DNA of 63,968 bases, filler included, from Nanobdellota archaeon (GTDB lineage: Archaea; Nanobdellota; Nanobdellia; B33-G15), in assembly GCA_003660925.1 (NCBI GenBank). It is 7 parts of 7 records of this genome, joined end to end, with 100 filler letters (N's around TTAATTAATTAA, not from the genome) between each part and the next. Parts side by side here need not be neighbours in the genome. Positions count along the whole stretch, not along the records: positions 58,491 to 63,968 come from QMVD01000045.1; 6 more parts are not named here. One strand, given 5' to 3'. Under the pieces are notes generated by a model that was given only the letters and a program-made list of their open reading frames with translations, was not told where the DNA came from and did not search any database. This document shows, piece by piece, positions 59,708-63,968 of this stretch. The number at the start of each line of letters is the position of its first letter. The first letter of the stretch is position 1. A program made the position numbers and the translations under genes.

Positions 59708-60376
59708 ATGATCGTCGTGAAGAAGAGGTTGAGAAACCCCACTGTTCTCTTGGGCTTCCACTCTCCTGGATTGGTTGGCACTCTGGTCGTCCAGTACATA
59801 GGTAAGATGTTGAAAGCTGAAAGGATAGGGCACTTAGAGGCAGACATTCCTCCAGTCGCCATCATATCCAAGGGAAAGGTAGAGCACCCCATGAGGATAG
59901 AACACGTGAGGAAAGAGAACATAGTCCTCCTATCTTCTGAGATACCTCTTCCAAAGAGAGTGGACAAGCAAGTCGGAGAGGAGATAGTCGGCTGGATTAA
60001 GAAGTGTAAGGGGAGGATGATATCGATAGAGGGCGTGTTGGGCCCAAGGAAGGATGTCTACAAAATAGAAGGGGGTGTGAGGTTGAAGGGGGAGATGAAA
60101 GAAATGGGAGAAGGATTGGTGTTAGGCATAACAGGCTCCCTCCTACTGAACGCCAAGGAGAAAGGGGTGCCCTTCGGGTGCATCATAGCAGAGACCCAGA
60201 CGCTTCTTCCTGATGGAAGGGCCTCTGCCAAGGTAATCGAGATCCTGAACGAGACCCTTGAAATAGGGGTGGATATTAAACCTCTCTTAAAGGAGACAGA
60301 AGCCTTCGAGAAGAAGGTAAAGGAGCTAATGGAGAAAAAACCGATCACAGACACCATAAGCAGGATTTACGGATGA
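59708..60376 (+). CDS. PAC2 family proteasome assembly chaperone-like protein
   Basis: GFHSPGLVG, GITGSLL, PDGRAS and a C-terminal IYG (HbYX-like). Confidence 0.88.
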   Translation: MIVVKKRLRNPTVLLGFHSPGLVGTLVVQYIGKMLKAERIGHLEADIPPVAIISKGKVEHPMRIEHVRKENIVLLSSEIPLPKRVDKQVGEEIVGWIKKCKGRMISIEGVLGPRKDVYKIEGGVRLKGEMKEMGEGLVLGITGSLLLNAKEKGVPFGCIIAETQTLLPDGRASAKVIEILNETLEIGVDIKPLLKETEAFEKKVKELMEKKPITDTISRIYG

Positions 60377-60966
60377 GGCTCGCATCTCTCTTCTCCGGTG
60401 GGAAGGATTCCACCTTTTCCACTTTTCTTATGGCTCAGAACGGTTTTGAGATCGCGGTCTTAGTTTCCGCGAAGGTCACTGGTGAGGATTCTTGGATGTT
60501 CCACATCCCAAGGGAAGGAAGGAGAGAACTTGCGGGGAAGATGGGGGTCCCTTTATTTGAGTTCGAGACTAAGGGAAAGAAAGAGGAGGAGCTAGAGGAC
60601 CTGAGAAGGGCGTTGAAAATGGTGAAGGAAAAGTATGAAATAGAAGGGGTAGTTTCCGGAGCGATAGAAAGCGGGTATCAAAAGGAGAAAGTGGAGAGGA
60701 TTTGTTACGAATTAGGATTGAAGCATTTTGCTCCCTTGTGGAGAAAAGACCCCGAGAGGATCATGAGGGAGATGTTAGATGCTGGGTTCAAGGTAAAGGT
60801 GGTCTCCGTGTCTGCGTTAGGATTAGATGAGTCTTGGGTGGGAAGGGAAATCGACGAAAAAGTTATTGAGGAACTCGTCCGCCTACGCGAGAAATATGGC
60901 ATCCACATCTCAGGAGAGGGAGGGGAGTATGAAACCTTAGTCATCGATGGACCATTTCCCCTGTGA
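60373..60966 (+). CDS. Diphthine-ammonia ligase (Dph6)
   Basis: SGGKDS PP-loop, SWMFH, PLW and GEGGEYET. Confidence 0.9.
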   Translation: MRLASLFSGGKDSTFSTFLMAQNGFEIAVLVSAKVTGEDSWMFHIPREGRRELAGKMGVPLFEFETKGKKEEELEDLRRALKMVKEKYEIEGVVSGAIESGYQKEKVERICYELGLKHFAPLWRKDPERIMREMLDAGFKVKVVSVSALGLDESWVGREIDEKVIEELVRLREKYGIHISGEGGEYETLVIDGPFPL

Positions 60967-62197
60967 CCTTCTCCACTTCTCTCAAGGTCTCCCCCACATC
61001 GAATGTGAGTATCTTCCCGTCTCTCACTACTAATCTACCATCTACGATGACATCGCTCACCCTCGGTTTGGAGTAAACGAGATTAGAAATCGGATCGTAT
61101 AATGGTTGAAACCCTACCGACTTCTCGTCCAGCAAAACTATGTCCGCGAGCTTCCCCTCTGCGATTTCCCCAGCATTTAATCTCAATGCTTTTGCTCCTT
61201 TGACAGTGGCCATCTCGAAGACCTCCCTTGCATTCACTAAAGTGGGATCCCACCTGTACACCTTGTGAATTAAAGCACAGAACTTCATCTCCTGGAACAG
61301 GTCAAGAGAATTATTGCTCGCTGCTCCGTCCGTCCCCAACCCTACGTTTACTCCAAGTTTCAACATTTCAGGGACAGGAGCAACTCCAGAGGCCAGCTTC
61401 GCGTTGCTTACAGGGCAGTGGGCTACGCTCACGCCTCTTTTCGAGAGGATCTTCATCTCGTTCATGGTCACCCATCCGACGTGGGCGGCTATCACATCAT
61501 CATCCAGGAAATCAAAAGAGTCCAAGTACTCCACCGGCCTTTTCCCCTTCTTCAAGAAGTCATAGACCTCTTTCCTCGTCTCGGAGAGGTGAATATGTAT
61601 CAACAACCCTTTCTCCCTCGCGAAGTCCCTCGCCCACTCTAAGAGTTCTTTGGAACACGTATATATTGCGTGAGGAGTCATGGTGGGCACAACTCTTTCA
61701 TATCTCTTCGCTCTTTTCACAAAACTCCGTGTCTCTTTGATCTCTTTTTCTCTTTTCTCTTTATCGAACAAATCTATCATACCATAGCCCAAAAAACCCC
61801 TTATCCCGCTCTCCTCAACAGCTTCCGCTACACCATCCATGAAGAAGTACATGTCGTTGAAGGTGGTTATTCCATTCAGCAACATCTCAGCTATCGCTAA
61901 TTTGCTCCCCCAATACACCAATTTCTTCGTCAGTTTCTTTTCCAAGGGCCATATCTTTTCCTCCAACCACTCGTGCAATTCCATGTCGTCTCCATATCCC
62001 CTGAACAAAGTCATGGGGGAGTGAGTGTGAAGATTCACCAAACCCGGGATTGCTAGTTTATCCTTCCCATTTATCACCACATCGGCCTCGTTCGCCTTGA
62101 ATTCCGAGATCAGGTTCTCTTCTATGTAGATGTTTCCCTTCTTCGCCCCATCCTTCGTCAGATATCTCACGTCTCTTATCAAGATGCTCACTCGCAC
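60941..62197 (-). CDS. MtaD/5'-deoxyadenosine deaminase-like amidohydrolase
   Basis: NLHTH, PHAIY, HIHLSET, HCPVSN and GTDGAASNN. Confidence 0.88.
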   Translation of the reverse strand: MRVSILIRDVRYLTKDGAKKGNIYIEENLISEFKANEADVVINGKDKLAIPGLVNLHTHSPMTLFRGYGDDMELHEWLEEKIWPLEKKLTKKLVYWGSKLAIAEMLLNGITTFNDMYFFMDGVAEAVEESGIRGFLGYGMIDLFDKEKREKEIKETRSFVKRAKRYERVVPTMTPHAIYTCSKELLEWARDFAREKGLLIHIHLSETRKEVYDFLKKGKRPVEYLDSFDFLDDDVIAAHVGWVTMNEMKILSKRGVSVAHCPVSNAKLASGVAPVPEMLKLGVNVGLGTDGAASNNSLDLFQEMKFCALIHKVYRWDPTLVNAREVFEMATVKGAKALRLNAGEIAEGKLADIVLLDEKSVGFQPLYDPISNLVYSKPRVSDVIVDGRLVVRDGKILTFDVGETLREVEKVTGEMVHR

Positions 62198-62538
62198 GTC
62201 ACCTCAACGGAAGTCCCGTTCAAGAGGGAGACATAGCATGGAAATATAGAAGTACAGTTCTCCTCACAATAATCACTCTCGCGGAAGTCCCTCAGCCCCC
62301 CGGTCGCTCTCGATTGTAGCTCAAAACAATACCTCCTACAGGTTTCCTCCATGGAGTTCAGGATGGTGATGCACCCGGAGCTCTTCAAGCCGAAACAACA
62401 CACCTCATTCCCAAAGTCGCAACAGAGCTTATCACTTATGAAACCACACTTGAAGATGGAGAGGAGAAGGAACAAGATGCCCGGGGTCGAAAGGAGGATG
62501 AAAAGCGTCCCAAAGAAGAGGGGTTTGAGCCTCATCAA
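62188..62538 (-). CDS. Small Cys-rich membrane-anchored protein
   Basis: N-terminal TM followed by many cysteines. Confidence 0.65.
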   Translation of the reverse strand: MMRLKPLFFGTLFILLSTPGILFLLLSIFKCGFISDKLCCDFGNEVCCFGLKSSGCITILNSMEETCRRYCFELQSRATGGLRDFRESDYCEENCTSIFPCYVSLLNGTSVEVTCE

Positions 62539-62601
62539 AAGAAGAGACCTTCATTTTTTAAAAACATTAAGTTTAAAAATCGTTGAGGGGGAGTGTTTAT
62601 C

Positions 62602-62719
<118 letters not shown>

Positions 62720-62723
62720 ACTT

Positions 62724-63152
62724 TTATCTTCTCAGGACCTCTTCCAACTTCTTACCTGTGAGGCAGGCTTCCGTCATCGACCTCAACTCTCGTTCCAATC
62801 TATCAGTTAGTTCGATGAATTTACCCTCAAAGGGGCTTCCTTTCCACCCCCTATGTTTGAGTTGCGTCTCATGATCCACGTGAGCGGATATGTGAATGAC
62901 TTTTTCCTCGCTCAGGATTTTCACGTGATACGCGCAGTTTAAGGAGCCCCTTCCCGCATATGTCTCTACGGGAACCTGAAACTTCTTCACGTACTCGCTC
63001 TTTCGACCTACTATCCTCTTCTTCCTATATCCCCGTAGATGGAGCATTTTCACGAAGCTACCCAAGCAGCCCCTCGGTAGGGTAATGCGTATGGAATCCT
63101 CTCTCTCCCTCCTCACGTAGTCGTCCAGGGTCTTGTAGATGACTTCGCTCAC
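62724..63152 (-). CDS. Hypothetical protein
   Basis: 142-aa ORF filling the space between 5S and rnp4. Confidence 0.65.
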   Translation of the reverse strand: MSEVIYKTLDDYVRREREDSIRITLPRGCLGSFVKMLHLRGYRKKRIVGRKSEYVKKFQVPVETYAGRGSLNCAYHVKILSEEKVIHISAHVDHETQLKHRGWKGSPFEGKFIELTDRLERELRSMTEACLTGKKLEEVLRR

Positions 63153-63187
63153 AGAAAAGTATTTCTTCCCCTCTAATATAAATCTTC

Positions 63188-63472
63188 TTGGTGAAAAGAG
63201 AAGCCCTTCAGGAAATTAAGAGGCTCTTTTCCCTAGCGGAGAAAGTGTTCGATGAAAACCCGGAAAGGGCACACAGATATGTTTACATCGCCAGGAGGAT
63301 TGGGATGAAGGCTAACGTGAGCATTCCCAGGGAGTTGAGGAGGAAATTTTGTAGGAAATGCCTCCATTTCCTGAAACCGGGAAAGAATTGCCAGGTGAGG
63401 ATACACAAGCACAGGGTCATTTATAAGTGCCTGGATTGTGGGAACGTGATGAGGTTCGTGGTGAGAAGATGA
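63188..63472 (+). CDS. rnp4: RNase P protein component 4 (Rpp21)
   Basis: RYVYIARRI, FCRKC...CLDCGNVMRF. Confidence 0.92.
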   Translation: MVKREALQEIKRLFSLAEKVFDENPERAHRYVYIARRIGMKANVSIPRELRRKFCRKCLHFLKPGKNCQVRIHKHRVIYKCLDCGNVMRFVVRR

Positions 63473-63545
63473 AAGCCATGTGGATGATAATCAAGTGTTG
63501 GACTAGCCCCAAAATTTAAAAAGAGCCCGGAGTTGAACCATAACT

Positions 63546-63968
63546 ATGACCACTGTTTACGACGTCCCAGCGAACCCTTTGATAGAGCTGGTGGCGGAGA
63601 AGTTAAAAGGGATGATAAAGCCACCAGAATGGGCCAAGTTCGTGAAGACCGGTGCTCATAAGCAGAGGCCCCCTGAAAGGGATGATTGGTGGTACGTGAG
63701 GGCAGCCGCCATCCTGAGGACCATATACGTGAATGGTCCAGTTGGGGTAGAAAGACTAAGGACGAAATATGGGGGGAGGAAGGACATGGGACACAGGCCG
63801 GAGAGGTTCGTGAAGGGGAGTGGGAACATAATAAGGAAGTGCCTCCAACAGTTGGAGGAATTGGGTTTCGTGAAGAAGGAGAAGAAGGGAAGGGTGATAA
63901 CTCCAAAAGGGAGGAAGTTTTTGGACGATCTCGCTCACGAGTTGGTGAAAAAATGGCAAGAAACAAGC
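63546..63968 (+). CDS. rps19e: 30S ribosomal protein S19e (runs off window; not in ORF track)
   Basis: MTTVYDVPA...[22 protein letters not shown]...[14 protein letters not shown]. Confidence 0.96.
   Translation, partial: MTTVYDVPANPLIELVAEKLKGMIKPPEWAKFVKTGAHKQRPPERDDWWYVRAAAILRTIYVNGPVGVERLRTKYGGRKDMGHRPERFVKGSGNIIRKCLQQLEELGFVKKEKKGRVITPKGRKFLDDLAHELVKKWQETS

Noticed and set aside
63473..63545. yhbY missing between rnp4 and rps19e; weak box-like words in the spacer
   Set aside because: Ordinary gene loss, and no complete C/D layout.

Overview
Archaeal draft-genome window made of seven unrelated contig pieces. They are joined by artificial 100-nt linkers (N-run + TTAATTAATTAA + N-run), and the complete contigs fall in descending length, so adjacency across linkers means nothing biologically. 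Gene content is archaeal (Alba, Cdc6, Fen1, AglB, aMBF1, Rpp21, S19e, form III RuBisCO). The layout is very compact, with overlapping genes and apparently leaderless starts, which suggests a streamlined, probably DPANN-type and possibly thermophilic lineage (inference only). Most genes are housekeeping. RNA genes: tRNA-Leu(CAG), a stand-alone 5S rRNA and two canonical box C/D guide sRNAs not shown in the ORF track. Most notable: (i) a 13.8-20.2 kb cluster of wHTH, V4R sensor, PaaK-like ligase, EhpF-like adenylating enzyme, transglutaminase-like protein and an M14 deacylase-GNAT-RuBisCO run; (ii) a tRNA-ORF-C/D sRNA unit with zero spacing; (iii) a bacterial-type Ku; (iv) a ~2,200-aa Cys-repeat secreted protein; (v) a degenerate KsgA, three tandem DUF218 paralogues and a pyrophosphatase pseudogene. 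No CRISPR array or mobile element was seen. All family assignments come from remembered motifs, not from database searches.
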